A DNA stretch of 64,000 nucleotides, taken from Lingula anatina (lineage: Eukaryota; Animalia; Brachiopoda). The notes beneath the pieces are model-generated. The model did no database searches. It was not told the origin of the DNA and saw only the letters and a list, made by a program, of their open reading frames with translations. The position numbers and the translations under genes are program-made. Every line of letters starts with the position of its first letter. Position 1 is the stretch's first letter. The stretch is taken from contig CM120648.1 of assembly GCA_051362555.1 (NCBI GenBank), forward strand, positions 6,630,587 to 6,694,586, given 5' to 3'. This document shows, piece after piece, positions 14,492 to 28,400 of this stretch.

Positions 14492-15870
14492 ATAAAAAAC
14501 TCACATCAGCCGTCAGCAAGTACAGGGAAAAATTCATCAGGAAAATTTAGCAGGCGAAAACGAAAACGTCAGACAAAGATGCTCAAAATGATCATTGCCA
14601 TGACCGGTAAGTGCTCTCTCTCTCTCTCTCTCTCTCCTGAAGTGTCTGCTGCATTGTCAAAAACAATGACAAATTTTCTGAACAGCTAGTTAAGCCTTAA
14701 ATACTTTAAACCCACTCGACGAACAAAGTCAGGGGCTCTAAGTAACAAGTGGTAAATTGGTGTGCAGGCCTCTTCAATCAGGGGTCCCTAACATAGTATA
14801 CAAAGTTACACTGTGGGCAACAACATTTTTATGTCAGTCTATACTAATGCTTTCTGTGGCCAGAGAGGAGTGTAAGGGCGTATTCCCAGAGCTTTTAGAT
14901 CGATCTATCCCCGCGGGGAGTCTCACTAGGTTACTGTCAGATAATCCGGCTTAAATGTCCGTCCCGCCTACCACAAACTGTAAGGGGGTAATTAACTTTC
15001 GTGACAGCTATTTAGTGTGAACCCCCAGGGAGTTAGGTCGATCTAAAGTAGATCGATCTAATGTCTGGGAATGGGGTCTAAAGGTCTGGGTATGGCGTCT
15101 TCGATAAATGCAGTTATGAAACGTCAACTCTGGCAGCGTTTTGCTTCTAAAATTCTTCGATCTACCAGTTCCAGTATCAGCCGAAAATTCAATCATTTTC
15201 TTTCAATCCCCCCCCCCCCCCCCCCCCCCCCCACAAACACACACAAACAAACAAAGCGAAAAAAATGACCAACATCTAAATCCCTGTGCTATATTTGAAC
15301 CACTTTAAACAAGACAAAACAAGTGGGAGGCAGGACCTTAGGAAATTGACTCAAATACCACGAGACATTTAGATAAGATGTAAGGAAATTAAATCTAAAG
15401 ATTTCGGTATCACTGCCTACCAACGGAAATTACCTGTGCCTCTTTAAACTGCTAATACGCGTACAACAGATTATTACGTATTATTAAGTTGTTGCGCTTT
15501 TGGCAAGGAGGCTTTGTAGAGTGTTACATATTCTGAAGGGGGTTTAAAATTAATTTGTATTTCCTTACCGATGTCTTCACACAGACAGAAATTGTCGGGG
15601 TACTTTCCTTGGAGATTTTACCTCTACGAATTTTGTCGCGCAATGGCCAATTTCTCAAGTCTTCAGAGGCGAGTATTCGAGGCAAGAATCAAGTTTAGAG
15701 TCTCGAGAGATCGTCCGTTTCCAAAATGAATACCGCTGATTGGCACTTTACTTTGTAAACGTTAAAGTACTTATGTTGCTTTTGTAGTGACAAAATGTCG
15801 AGACTCGAGATAACTTAGAGGTGAGGTGGGTAAAAGAACTGCAGCCTTTTTGTTGACATCCCTCTTCCTC

Positions 15871-15923
<53 letters not shown>

Positions 15924-16544
15924 TTTTGGAGGGGGGAGCATTCTGAATCCAACAATGAATAAAGGTTCCTTAGGCAGCAGAGCAAAAACAACATTCAAAT
16001 ATTTCGAAGTCTTACATATTCTCCCTAATTTTTGGTCTTCCTTGATTTCTGATCAGAAAGTGTATTATATTATCTATAGCTTGACGTTCGTCTATCATTT
16101 CGCGAATTGCTGCAGAGATTAGTAGTACGTTCATTTCCGCTCGTTAATAAAATTGGTAGGAAGTGTGTCATCTGTAATTGTTTTCTTTTTATTAAGGGTG
16201 TCATCACTTTAGGTGTACTGAACACATTTGTTAATGCTTCAGTGTCATATTCGTATTTCTCAATATCCTACAAAGCCGTTAATATCCCAGACCTTCAGAT
16301 CTTAATCGATAACACTCCCTTACGTAAAAGTATCTGAGGTAGATATTTCCTTCTAAAATGCCCCCAAAAAAATCCAATGGTCCAAATGTCTGGTCAGCAT
16401 TGAGATTTAAATCATTAATTTAACAATTGTATAATTAAACCATCGAATCCAAATGCGGGACGGTGATGATCCTTGTGTATTTAGAAGAAGAATGCTTTTT
16501 ACTGAGGCTTATTCAATTTGGCGCGAAATCCAAGACAGAATACC

Positions 16545-16602
<58 letters not shown>

Positions 16603-16986
16603 ACACTAGCACCAAGATATTTTATGTACAAAATAATGATAAGATACATTTCCTTGCTTTTGTGTCTTAATTCGCTATCATTTTTTTTAGTTGCATTCCT
16701 ACTTTCATGGTCACCGTACGCCATAGTCTCGCTTTGGGCTGCGTTCGACGATCTTCGGCACATTCCGCCCACTTCCGATGTCATCCCGGCATTACTCGCC
16801 AAGGCTTCGGTGATTTGGAATCCAATCATTTACGTTGCCATGAACCAGCAGTTTAGAGAAGGGTTTTTACAGTTTATAGGACGTGATATCGGCAGAAGAC
16901 AGCACGTGGCTGCAGCGACACGAAGTTCGAGACCTAGGCCAACTATTTTAAATAGCAATGGACAAAGTACGACGATATCCTGTTAG
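14492..16986 (+). CDS. Opsin (xenopsin-like), 3' partial: last two coding exons (ICL3-TM6-TM7-C-tail)
   Basis: Exons 14492-14606 (IKNSHQPSASTGKNSSGKFSRRKRKRQTKMLKMIIAMT, phase-1 GT donor) and 16691-16986 (VAFLLSWSPYAIVSLWAAF...PALLAKASVIWNPIIYVAMNQQFR...stop) join in frame across a GT-AG intron. TM6 WxPY, the TM7 retinal-binding Lys, NPxxY and NxQFR are present. TM1-5 exons were not found in the window. Confidence 0.9.
14876..15078. mobile_element. PIF/Harbinger (Tourist)-like MITE in opsin intron
   Basis: Termini gggcgtattcccagag / ctgggaatggggtc flanked by TAA on both sides (14873-75, 15079-81). Near-identical to the copies at 26391-26835. Confidence 0.75.
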
Positions 16987-18439
16987 CTAGCATGGGGAGA
17001 CAGTTTTAGACGTGTAACTGTGGTGCTTACTGGTACATTCAAAACATGGAATCTACCTTTTAATGCAATTAGCCTATTTTTCATTTAGTTTTGGCACCGA
17101 TGAACAACCTTCATGTAATCTGATTAGTCGTTTTTAAGTGTGTTTATTTGATTTGAGCACTGTTATGCAAAAAAGAAAAAAATGACGTAAGGAACAAAGA
17201 CGCTTACTGAATTAAGAATTGAGTTTAATTGAATTTTCACCTTATAACTGTCAGAGTTACAAGTTTCTAAAAGTGACTTATTTGAACATTGTCCTCAGAC
17301 AAAAAGGATTTTTGTGTTTTTTTCTTCAAAGTAAAATGATGTGCACCACTTGAACGTGTAAGTTACATTTGAATTATTTGTAGGAATATCATTTCTGTCT
17401 GTCAATTTAATGTACGCTAACCCGGTGCAAAGATAATGCTCTTTTAATATGATTCAATGTCAAACTCCACCAGTAAATCATAATCAACTCTGATTTGCTC
17501 TTCTGTTTTTTACGTCAAACTGTACACATTAGATATAACCGACAGTTATTTTCTCTTGTAATTTTTTTCCATGCAATACCATGAAAGATGGGACCTTTTG
17601 CAACACATAATTCTATACAAGCATACTCCACCAGTACTGTAGATGCCTGAAGAAGCTCTCGTGACTGTGCCGATTTCATCCTGATGCCCTTCACAATGAC
17701 AACTAGCCTGGGTTTCCTTGGCACGGCGTTTACTCTTATTTCAGAACTCTCCTTAAAGGTTGCATGAATTTCCTTACTTAAGAACTCCCGTAAACGTTTG
17801 CTACTGACATTCACAATGTTGAAAAAGGAGAATAGAGTTGGTTCTACTTGTATGGATTTGAAGAAAAAAAATGAAATTGCTCAATAGAGCAAGAACTTGC
17901 GAACTATAATACAACTATTGCATTTATGGGACAAATATTCCAACTGTTTTACAGTTTTAATTCATGGTTAAAATTGCTAAAAAAAATCAAACAAAAATCT
18001 CTAAAATTGTGGCTTCTGTCGTTAAACAAAACAAAACAAATGAAACAACATTAATGCCTCAAACAAACACAAACGAACAGACCGAAATACTTGCTCTTTT
18101 ATGCGAACGGCACTAACGGCATGCAGGATATTCGTGTGCGGAATAATTTAGCGCAAGTGGTGCCTTATCGTGTATTAACCCTTAAGGTGAAAAAAAAACA
18201 AATTAACTGTTCGATTAGGTTTTATGTAGAAAACCACAACACGATACTGTGAGCGGATGTTTCGGTCGCCATTTAATAAGACACATCCATCATGCAAAAA
18301 TATCTCTTAAGCAGGTGTAATATTTCATTCACAATAAAGTGGAATGGACAAATGAAACCTGGTTGTATTGCAGAGTTCGCAATTCCTCAAACACAAACTG
18401 TTTAAAGGTGTACACGATGGTCTCCCTGCCTCCACACTC

Positions 18440-18614
18440 GCCGTCGCTGCAGGGGCCTAGCAATCAAACCTCGGAGCAGAGATTTGATCCGTTTAAAGGC
18501 GCGTGTGGAGTCGGGAAGACCATCAGGAATCAGCGGCATCGCTTTTGAACTGTGGTCGGCCATATTTAGTCGGCGGATCAGTAAGTACTCGGATCATCCA
18601 TTCTGAATGGGGCC
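18440..18614. repeat. Dispersed repeat, inverted partner of 19432-19595
   Basis: ~150-170 bp of clear reverse-complement identity (e.g. atcaggaatcagcggcatcgcttttgaactgtggtcggccatatttagtcggcggatcagta). Confidence 0.8.
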
Positions 18615-18855
18615 ATAGAGACCATCGGTCTACTTAGATCGATGCAACTCCCCAGGGACATTAGCTGAATGCAAACAGCTTAACAAATTAACACGCCTCC
18701 TATTTGTGTTAAGTATAATACAGACAAACTGGGGATTATGTGCGTACGTTGGAAACATAAGGAGGCGTGTCATTCAGTTAAGCTGCACTCAGAGAGAGTC
18801 CCCGCAGATTTGGATCGGTCTTTGTACACCGATAGTGTCTATGGGGATGGGGTCA
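18615..18855. mobile_element. Diverged member of the gatcgatc-containing MITE family
   Basis: Internal inverted repeats (acacgcctcct/aggaggcgtgt), a tagatcgat motif and a tatggggatggggtc terminus like the 14.9-kb and 26.4-kb MITEs. Confidence 0.45.
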
Positions 18856-19431
18856 TAATATTCACTTATTTATTTTTTTCTATCTTATTGCATTTTTGTT
18901 GTTTTTCTTTTTTTTGTATTCTCTTGTTTTCGTGTCCATTCATTTAGTCATTTGTTCGTACATAATTTATTTATTCATTGACACAATTTTTCGTTCCGTC
19001 TTTATAGAAAACACCACAAGTCGCCAGTTTCGAAGCTGGTCACAGCTGTCACACTTTGGTTTTTTAAATGTCTACAATACAATACGAGATATTCTGACTA
19101 CAGAAGCATTTGAAAACAGGCTCGATTATCTGTTTCTATGGCCATATCATGATGCAGTCGGTGATCTGTACATTTGACAGCTTTTCTTAGTTACATAAAG
19201 CACGTGTGGCGGATATACACGTGTTGTTTTTCAGAGTGTCGATCTTGTCTATCAATTCTATGGATGATCACCAAATGACTTGGATTATATTTGGTTCGCT
19301 AGCACTGGATAAGTTAAAAAGGCCTTCATTTGTTTCCGTGACAAAAGAAAGAGTTGTCATTTTACTCGTTTTATATCTCTCATGCGTCATGCGTGTTCAG
19401 TCCCCTGGTAAAGGCGGTATCTCCTTTCTTC

Positions 19432-19595
19432 AGGCCCATTTAGAATGGATGTTCCGAGTACTGATCCGCCGACTAAATATGGCCGACCACAGTTCAAAAG
19501 CGATGCCGCTGATTCCTGATGGTCTCCCCGACTGCACACACGCCTTTAAACGGATTAAATCTCTGCTCCAATCTAGTCCCCTCGACAGCGCGCGT
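19432..19595. repeat. Dispersed repeat, inverted partner of 18440-18614
   Basis: tactgatccgccgactaaatatggccgaccacagttcaaaagcgatgccgctgattcctgat is the reverse complement of the 18.5-kb copy. Confidence 0.8.
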
Positions 19596-20195
19596 GGATT
19601 CTAAGGCGCAGTCAATGTAATTAGCTAAAATGTCTGGCATGCCCCCTCACAAAGCAACATGAACAACATCATGGATCACAAAGTTTTCCCGACTTAACCC
19701 AACTACTTTAAGTTACGAAGGGGCGTGCCAGACATTTAAGCCGCTTAAACTGAATGCAATTTAGAGGGAATCTCAGAGGAGTTAGATCGATCCGGCTGGT
19801 AAAATAGGGTTATGGGAACGCTCCCTTAAACGTCTTAAAGCGTAGTGTAGAGGTCCCGTAGACGTTCTAACACGGAGAAGAGAAGACACTGGTATCATAT
19901 AAGGAGATTGCTGTACAGTACAATTATACCTGTCACCATTTTCTTCGTTCATTTCACAACATTTGCACCTTAAGTTTTTTTTAATCATAAAATCAAGCCA
20001 GAAAAGAATTTCATTAACTGTGTCATGTCTACGTGTTAGAATGATAGTTCCTACAGACAACAGATACATATAAAAAATCACAGCTATTATGACTCTAATA
20101 TCTTACTAGCCGTTTGTAGCCTCATTTCCTGATAAAGTACCTTTTTAAACTCTGAAAATGATGATGGTAATAATGATAATGATAAAAGTCTGGCA

Positions 20196-20244
<49 letters not shown>

Positions 20245-23200
20245 TAATAATAATAATTTTTTCGCATGTAGCTGCAGTTAGATATCATTAATTTATCTCA
20301 CAGGATACTTGCCACTTGTATAGACTACTTTAGACTCTAATCTGTCGCCAAAATGGCACATGGTACACGCAAGTACAGCATTCAATTTACTTATCTATTC
20401 AATCAAATCAAACTTATTGCGAAGGTTACTTCAATTGGAAACACACGTATTATCTAATGTAAAAGGAGGCCTAATTGAATAAAACAAACCGCATACATAA
20501 AACAATTGTTACAAAACGTCAAACGAATACCGTTGCAACACCTCCGTGTTTTAGCATTGCACGCAACCTTGCGTTTTCTTTCTTTTTTCTTTTTTTTTTT
20601 TTTTTGCACTTTATGTACCTTGCACGATTCAGCGTCGCAGCTTGGCTGGTAATTGTACAGATGCCAAAAAGGCTTTTATCAAATCCAATATTTCAAATCA
20701 AATTAAGTTTCGTTATTCCACTATAAATCCTCCCAGGATTTCTCTCTCGTAAAGCTTCGGAACTTTTGTACAGGGAGCGATATCCAATGAAGAAATGAGG
20801 AAATAAAAGATGAATTATAGAGTGCAAAAAGTTTCGCCAGTTAGCGTAAAATCTAACAAGATGTTTTCCATTTCTTTCACTCCAGTATACAGGAGTTCAC
20901 ACAGGCCCGTAGCTAAGGGGGGGGGGGGGGGGGGGGGGGTCCGGGGAAGTTCGAACGAGCCTCCTGTTTGTCGGGTAAAATTTTCAGCAAAGTACACGAG
21001 GTTTCATGGTAGAAGGTATACTTTTTCGGAAAAAGCCCCCCCCTTTGAAAATCCTGACACATTAGCATTAAGCTTTGAAAAAGACACACAATATCGTCCT
21101 CTTTTATATGTCTCTTCCGTCATATTTAATTGGGGTACGTTGTTACATGTCTCCATTTTGTGTTTAATTTTAACCGTTGAGGAAGTTAAAATACCTGTCG
21201 CAACCTCGAGTACAAATGACATTTTGACAAGCAAACTTATAAAACCCATTTACAAATTAATTATCTACAATGCTATGATAAACGCAATCGACACTCTTTT
21301 TAAAATACATTTGAACCAATGAATCTATTACAGCTCCTTGGTTTGAACCGACAAAAAAAAAAAGAATGATAAAATTCTTCTTTTTGTAACGTAGAATTGC
21401 GTGACACAGGGAGCGGCTCATACACGCGAATTAATATTACCGGAAATCCGAACTCAGGAGCACCTTTTGTAAACACGCGCATCACGTTTATCGCTCTAGC
21501 CGCAAGGCGCGTTTTACATAAACCGTACCCACAATGGACAATAGAAGTGTCACCCCTACTGAACCAATACTTTGGGGGAGATAAATGACTGTGGAATGAT
21601 ATGCTCCTGGTATCATTTTATTAACATCAAATTTCACAAAAAAAAAAAAAAAATGTAGACCAGGCATTATAACTATTCAAGATTTGCCTACTTTGATTAT
21701 TGATTACTTGCTTATTGTCTGATTACTCTGATTAAGGTGGTGACACTTCTATTGTCCGTTGGTTGCAGCACATACCATAAAACACCCAAATATATTTAGA
21801 TATGGCTATAACAGATTGCAGACATGCAAAAATTCCACAAGACAACGATTAATAGCCCATCGGGAATTTTTTTCCCTTGACGCTCTTTGTCCCGCTGGCG
21901 GTTGATGCAGCATATATTCAAAACAAATTGACTGCAATTTTTCACCGTTAAAGTCCGTGGCACGTTTTCATGCTCCAATTATTTCTACAAATATTCTCTG
22001 TCCCAAATGCATAAAGATAAATTATTATCTTACCGTGTTGTTAGAAAAACTTTTTTCTCCAAGTCAACGTCTTTACTCCCGTTAACCTCCAGCTAAAAAT
22101 GACCACTCAGCTTCGCGTCTTACACCACTACACGTCACTTCCAGCACAATTCTGATCAATTCTCGTCTCCTCCGGTACCCCTTATTCAATTACTATTTCA
22201 CATCACTTCAAATGTAATTGCAATATTAGAAGCCAAATTTGTAATCCCGTGATTTACGAGTCTGTCAACATAATTCTGAATTAATAAGAGTAGGATCCTT
22301 TTTATTAAGTTACTTACGATAGAACGCTGTGGGATTTAATGCCTATGAGAATCCTATGCTGTGTAATGCCAAGTCATATAATATCATAGCTTCATAGCAT
22401 ACTTATTTATAATTGCATTTTTATTGAAAATTTTCATCTACCTATGTACGTTTAGCTACAATAAAGCATATGTATGTATGTTATATGTATGCTTAATTGC
22501 TCTCGAATCCTCTTCTTTCCAGGACTGTTAAATCTTGGAAAAATGTGTTAAGATGGTTCATTTTCAAGTGTCTCACGACAAACAGCCTGTGCACAAGGAA
22601 ATTACCAAAAAACATAAATGAATAGATAAATAGATAAAAAGAAAAAATTAAGCATAAAGTAATCGTTGAACAATCAATTTAATCTAAAAAGTTTGAATTT
22701 GATCGGTATCTTTTCCACGCCAATTTTACACCATTTGTTCTTAAGATTAATATGTGTACTATCATTCTTCGATCAGTGCGAATTAGGATCCAACGAACAT
22801 ATGATAGATCCTAGATGCCAATTATTCTTTGGAGCATTTGGTCGATGAAAAAAGTAGAATTTTATCAATAGTTTTTTTTATACAGAGGTTAAATGTGACC
22901 ACACTTTCCGTTCCAACTTTCGAATATTGGTCACAAAAAAAAAAATGTCAGTGCAATTGATCAGTACCTACATGTTGGTGTTATGAAGATTCCAGATGAA
23001 TATTATGTCTCATTTCTTAATCTAGTTATAAAGTGTATTTCATAGAAACAATTCATTTAGATGTCACAGGACAATCATAGAAAAAGTTTGTTTTTTTTTT
23101 TTTTTTTTTTTTTTTTTGTCAAAAATATCATTGAAAACACAACTTCATTGAAGAGCCATCTCGTTTATCGCTGTGAATATAATACAATGATTCCGAGTGA

Positions 23201-25419
23201 TTTCCTTGAATTTATGTCATAAGAGAGTACCAGAGATAGGTATTTTATCAAAAAAAATAAAGGTGGGAAATAAGACTTAATCTATTTCTTAATTTCACTC
23301 AAGATCGTTTAAGGTAAATGTTTTGATAATTCATTGTGTCGCTTTAGTTCTACGCATTTATCACCTGTTGAATTTGTTCCCTTTTGCTTAGATATAATGT
23401 GTTCTCTGTGTTCTTTGACAGTGAATTAGGGACGGAGTTATAGTGCTGTTCTGTGTTTTTTTTTTAATCGTCACTCGATACGTGCACATTTGATCCCTAT
23501 TCACAGTTCAGCACGAAAGAAACTTATTTCCAGACTGTGTAGATGTCGTGGCCTCAATTGCCATCTCAGCATCATATCAATGCAAGAACAAATGTACGTG
23601 TATAAAGAGGGGCGGATTGAGACCGTCTTCTGGGTCTTCCGGAAGACGGCAAGATTTTAAAGTTTGCATTGACGGGTATCTATTTTTATTCTGTCGGAAG
23701 ACAGTCAAAAATAAAGGATGGATCAACAAAGATAATTTGGAAGACTGTCAGAAAATATCTCTGGATCCGTTCTTATTTGGCTTTGTCCTCCTTTCTTCTT
23801 TTTCCAGCTCTTTATATATCTTGTATATATCTTGCCTTTTAGCCCAAAAACCATTGATTTCCTCACTTTCATCAAAATAGTGAATGGCTTATAAGATCAG
23901 TCAGGGATCCAATTGATATGTTCGCTAACAATGCGAAGTCTCCTGAGGGCGAGACAAAGGTCGGCTTTAATGTACCTTGCAAGCATTTGCCTAAGGAATG
24001 GTTTATTGTTACAATTTTTCACTAATTAAATAACTCTTCTTGGCCACACACTGTGCTTTTAACCAAATTTAATAGATAAATGAACTTAGATTAAACGAAA
24101 GGAATGTTCAGGTTGGCAAGGCAACCATACCCTAGGTTCTAGATTCCGGTATTGCCAGCTCGATCTTGATTCCATATATAACCCATATCAGCAATACCAG
24201 TAAAAGTGATCCCTTAGTTAACAAGCTAGCTTTTACTGTCCTCTGACACTCAGGGTTGCCTAACCAAAGCCAAAGCAAAAAATTCTTTTTTTAAAAAATA
24301 GTCTTAACCCCAAGGGTACGTCTTAATAAAAAAATGTTGGTGGAAAATCTCTGTTAAAGTGTCCAAAAATTAATACCATGTCAATTTTCACTTCTGGGCT
24401 TTTTACCTCCTTTCAACTTTCCCACCTTCAAGTTGACCTCCATATTCAACCATGCACGTAACGGAAAATGACAGTTCACCGGCCGTGACGCTGTTAGTCA
24501 CGACTTTATTCCAACTTTTGATGTCGATCTCGGGAAGAAAAACGGTACCAGGGGTGAAAGAAAGATTAGACCCATCACTTAATTCTAGCTTAAAGGTTAA
24601 TATCTGCGTCACCAGTGCGAGATGCTCATGTACACGAATAAGGGTGAACAGAGGTTTTTGAACTAATTAACTAGTGCAACTACAGACATCACAGTTCAAT
24701 CTTGAAATCTGACGATTCTGATAAAGCCTGTTTATTTCAGTGCGCAAAGGTTACAATAAAGTCTGAAAAAATAATAAAACACCGGAACTAAATTCATGGT
24801 ACTCGCACGAGGCAATTCATGTTATCTAAACCCCTGTTGTATTTTAAAAAATAAAAGCATCCGATTTCAGTGTTTGTATCAAATATAAATTCTATTTTCA
24901 GCCTGCTTCTGTTCGTCAAATTGACGTGTGTTGTCATTTTACTTTCCATTCTCAAACTTGTGCAAAAAGTAATAAATAAATAAATGAATAAATAAATAAA
25001 TAAATAAATATCTAGGACTTTCGCCTAGATAGAACAGGTGCACAGTATCTTCACTGATAGTCTGAGTCATGACTCGTACGTGGTAATTACGGACATAAAT
25101 TGGGTCCCAAATTTAAAAGAAAGATTAAGTATATCTGATTTAAAATAACTTGCCGGGTAATTGTACCCACTAGATCTCCTATTTAAGATGTAGGATCCAA
25201 TATAATGGATATATGGATCCGAGTTAAGACGGACAGTGAAAAAAGGCCTACTGGTACATGTACGTCTAGATACACTGCGAGCAAAGTGTGAGACAAGCAA
25301 TCAGAAACGGGTTAACTCTTGCTGAAAGGTTGGGGAATATTTTCGTTTATTATACAAATTAGAGACAGAGAAACATTTGCTGACCCCGAAAGACGCAAAG
25401 AAATTTGAAGACTGTCAGT

Positions 25420-28400
25420 ATGGTGAAAGTCCAAGTACAAATTGCAGCATTGCTGGGTAAGTATAAAAATGAGTTTTAATTTTTACATTTTACACATTAA
25501 TTACCGATTGTGAGCTTCCGCAGTCTTGGTCATTTTTCATTAAAGACTGGTATCGACCGTTCATTTTCCCCGTCCATTGAAACTTGGACAGTTGACTCAC
25601 AAATAAGCCCTTAAGACATCTATTTTCTTTTCTTTTCGATTTCGATCCGCCAAAATATTTTGCTACCTTGTGTTTTCTATCTTGCATTAAAGCGCTGCCT
25701 TCAAAATTAATCCGTGGGTTTTTCGTTTGAAACGAATAATCTCTTACAAATCATCTTTATCTCGACACAAACACTATTAATAATGTAGCTTTAATGAGAT
25801 CGGCGGCCATAACTCTGTTTCATCTAAAAACACAATAAAAAACAAAAACAAAACTTTCAACCACTGAGACGGTTTATCACTTCAGGACGGGGTGCCGGTA
25901 TGTTTAAAGACCATACTTCGTCGCTTGTCGTCCCTCTCATGGGCTAACTCTCATTCTTCTGCCCTGGTTTGCTCTCTCTTTCCCTCTCCTCTTCCATCAT
26001 GGTCAAGTTATACGGACACATGGCCCTAGCTGTTGCACTGTCCATATTTCTAACCTTCATCTCCTGAATACAACACGATCGAACTGCTCGCCTTATTTCC
26101 TGATGGGAGCTAACAGAAGCCTTATGTGTTATGGGATATCAATTCATAACTTCAAGTGTTTTGCTGTTTGCTTTTTTTGTTAGAATTAAAAAATCTTAAA
26201 GGGCTATATGATAAAGTAGAGTCTCGGCTTAAAATTTGTATTGTGCTTTTTTTAGGTCGATTTTCCTTTTTAGTCACTGATTGTCTTTTTTCCCGTAAAT
26301 GAGGCTGCCGTAGCAATTTAGAATACGGTTTCGCAATTTTATTACAATTATGTTAATCTCTTCCCCGTGGTCTTGGAATACTGTATACTACACCCCATTT
26401 CCATAGATTTTTAGATCGATCTATCCCTGTGGGGAGTCTCACTAGATTACTGTCAGCTTGACCGGCTTTTAGCGTCTGTCCCGCCTACTAAAAGCTGCAA
26501 GGGGGTAATTAACTATGGTGCTCGCTCGGCTGACTGCAATTTAGCGTGAACCCCCAGGGAGTTAGGTCGATCTAAATCTTAATCTCTAGATCGATCTAAG
26601 ACCCCATTTCCAGAGATTAGATCGATCTACTTTAGATCGACCTAACTCCCTGGGGGTTCACGCTAAATAGCTGTCGGCCGGGCGGACACAAAAGTTAATT
26701 ACCCCCTTACAGCTTGTAGTAGGCGGGACGGACATTTAAGCCGGATTATCTGACAGTAATCTAGTGAGACTCCCCACGGGGATAGATCGATCTAAAAGCT
26801 CTGGGAATACAGCCTAAATCTCTGGGAAAGCACCCCTAGAGTGGACCAGCTGAGTGATGCAATAAATTCCATGGAAAAAATCTCGCCACATTCGAAAAAA
26901 AATTGTCAAAAATAACCCAGAGACATATTCACATATGCATATAAATCCGGGATTATCCAGTGGAAAATTAATCCGTGGCCCTGGTTATGGCAGTTTTGAC
27001 CTTAGTTGCATAATTAGGATGAAATCTATTAAGTCACCACAATGCATCAATACCTGTAAGTCTTTGCGGATTAGTCTGTAAAAATAGCTCCCAACAGGAA
27101 AAAGTAGATTAGCCATGGGAAATTAAACAACTGGTATATAATAGGGGCTGTTGTTGGGATATAGCTGTAAGGTATGTCTACAAAATATGAAGAGAATTTT
27201 GCCGTTGAGTTAATTTTTGCCTAGGGGCAAAATGACTGAATAAATAAACAAGCATTGTGACTTTTCTTGTTCAAATCCTCAAAGAAAACTGTGTGCAGAA
27301 TTCTCCTCTCGGAGGGAAAATAGTGAATCTTGTGTTTCGTTGTTAAACAAGAATCAGCAATTTTCGAAAACGGGCGACAATAATTTGACGCCAGTCCCAC
27401 ATTCTTTATCAGAAATGAAAGTGAAGAATTCCTCTTTCCTGACCTCAAAAATGGCAAAATTGCATGTTAAACAAGTAACATTTCCTGAATTATCTTTTAC
27501 GTTATCGGAGATGCCTAAATGTGATAATCGCGTGACAGACTGTAGTTGGTACAATGGGCGATGAATTTGAGCTGATAAAAACATAGGAAAACACTTTGAC
27601 AACTGTCTAACAAGACAATAATGACGCCATGAGCTCTTCCATTGATGTATTCAAACAGTGATCTTGACGCTTTTCTTGCATCTCCATTACTCCTTCCTAG
27701 TTTGAGTTAATACATGTATTAACTGTTTTGCACTGTCAAACCATACCCCTCCCCTGTGGCCTAAATGACCCTTTTCAGTCTAATGGAAACTATTTATTTC
27801 CGATCGTTTTCGCTGCTCTTTTAAAGCCTACAAAGACAAGGGCGGATCCAAGGTTATTTGAAAGGGGTACGGTTTTGAAGAATGACAGGCCGCAGATGCA
27901 AAGCCGACCCTGCCTCCCCCCTTGGCGTGGGATTCAGGGCCCGTTTAAGGGCCCCGAAACTTTTTTTGTATTTTAGAGGGCGAACGGTGCCATTTGGTAC
28001 GGCTTAGAACTATGATTCAGATAGTCAAAAATCTAATTTTAAGAAGGGGCGATTGGTGAGATTTTTTTCATAAATCCAAGGGGGGGGGGGGTCAGGACCC
28101 CTCTGACACCCTCCTCCCTAAATTCGCCACTGAAAGAACACTGCTTCGCGTGGCATAGCATGTTAAAATCTCCATAACCACATTATTTAAGTCAAAATTA
28201 TTCACCACGGCATTCCACCATAAAGCCACTTTTTTTAATCTCTCAAATAACCAACCTTTATTCGTAATTTTGTTCTTGTTTTGACAGAAATCTCTCGAGC
28301 GTAAACGGAAATGATGGGACGAATGTAAGTCTGCATTGTGATTAAAATACAAGTGCGTGTGCCCACGTGTGTGTGTGTGTGTGTGTGTTTGTTTTACTCC

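Noticed and set aside
16453-16690. N-terminal part of the 177-aa ORF-track protein
   Set aside because: Intronic read-through across a (TA)n tract. The real exon starts at the acceptor before 16691.
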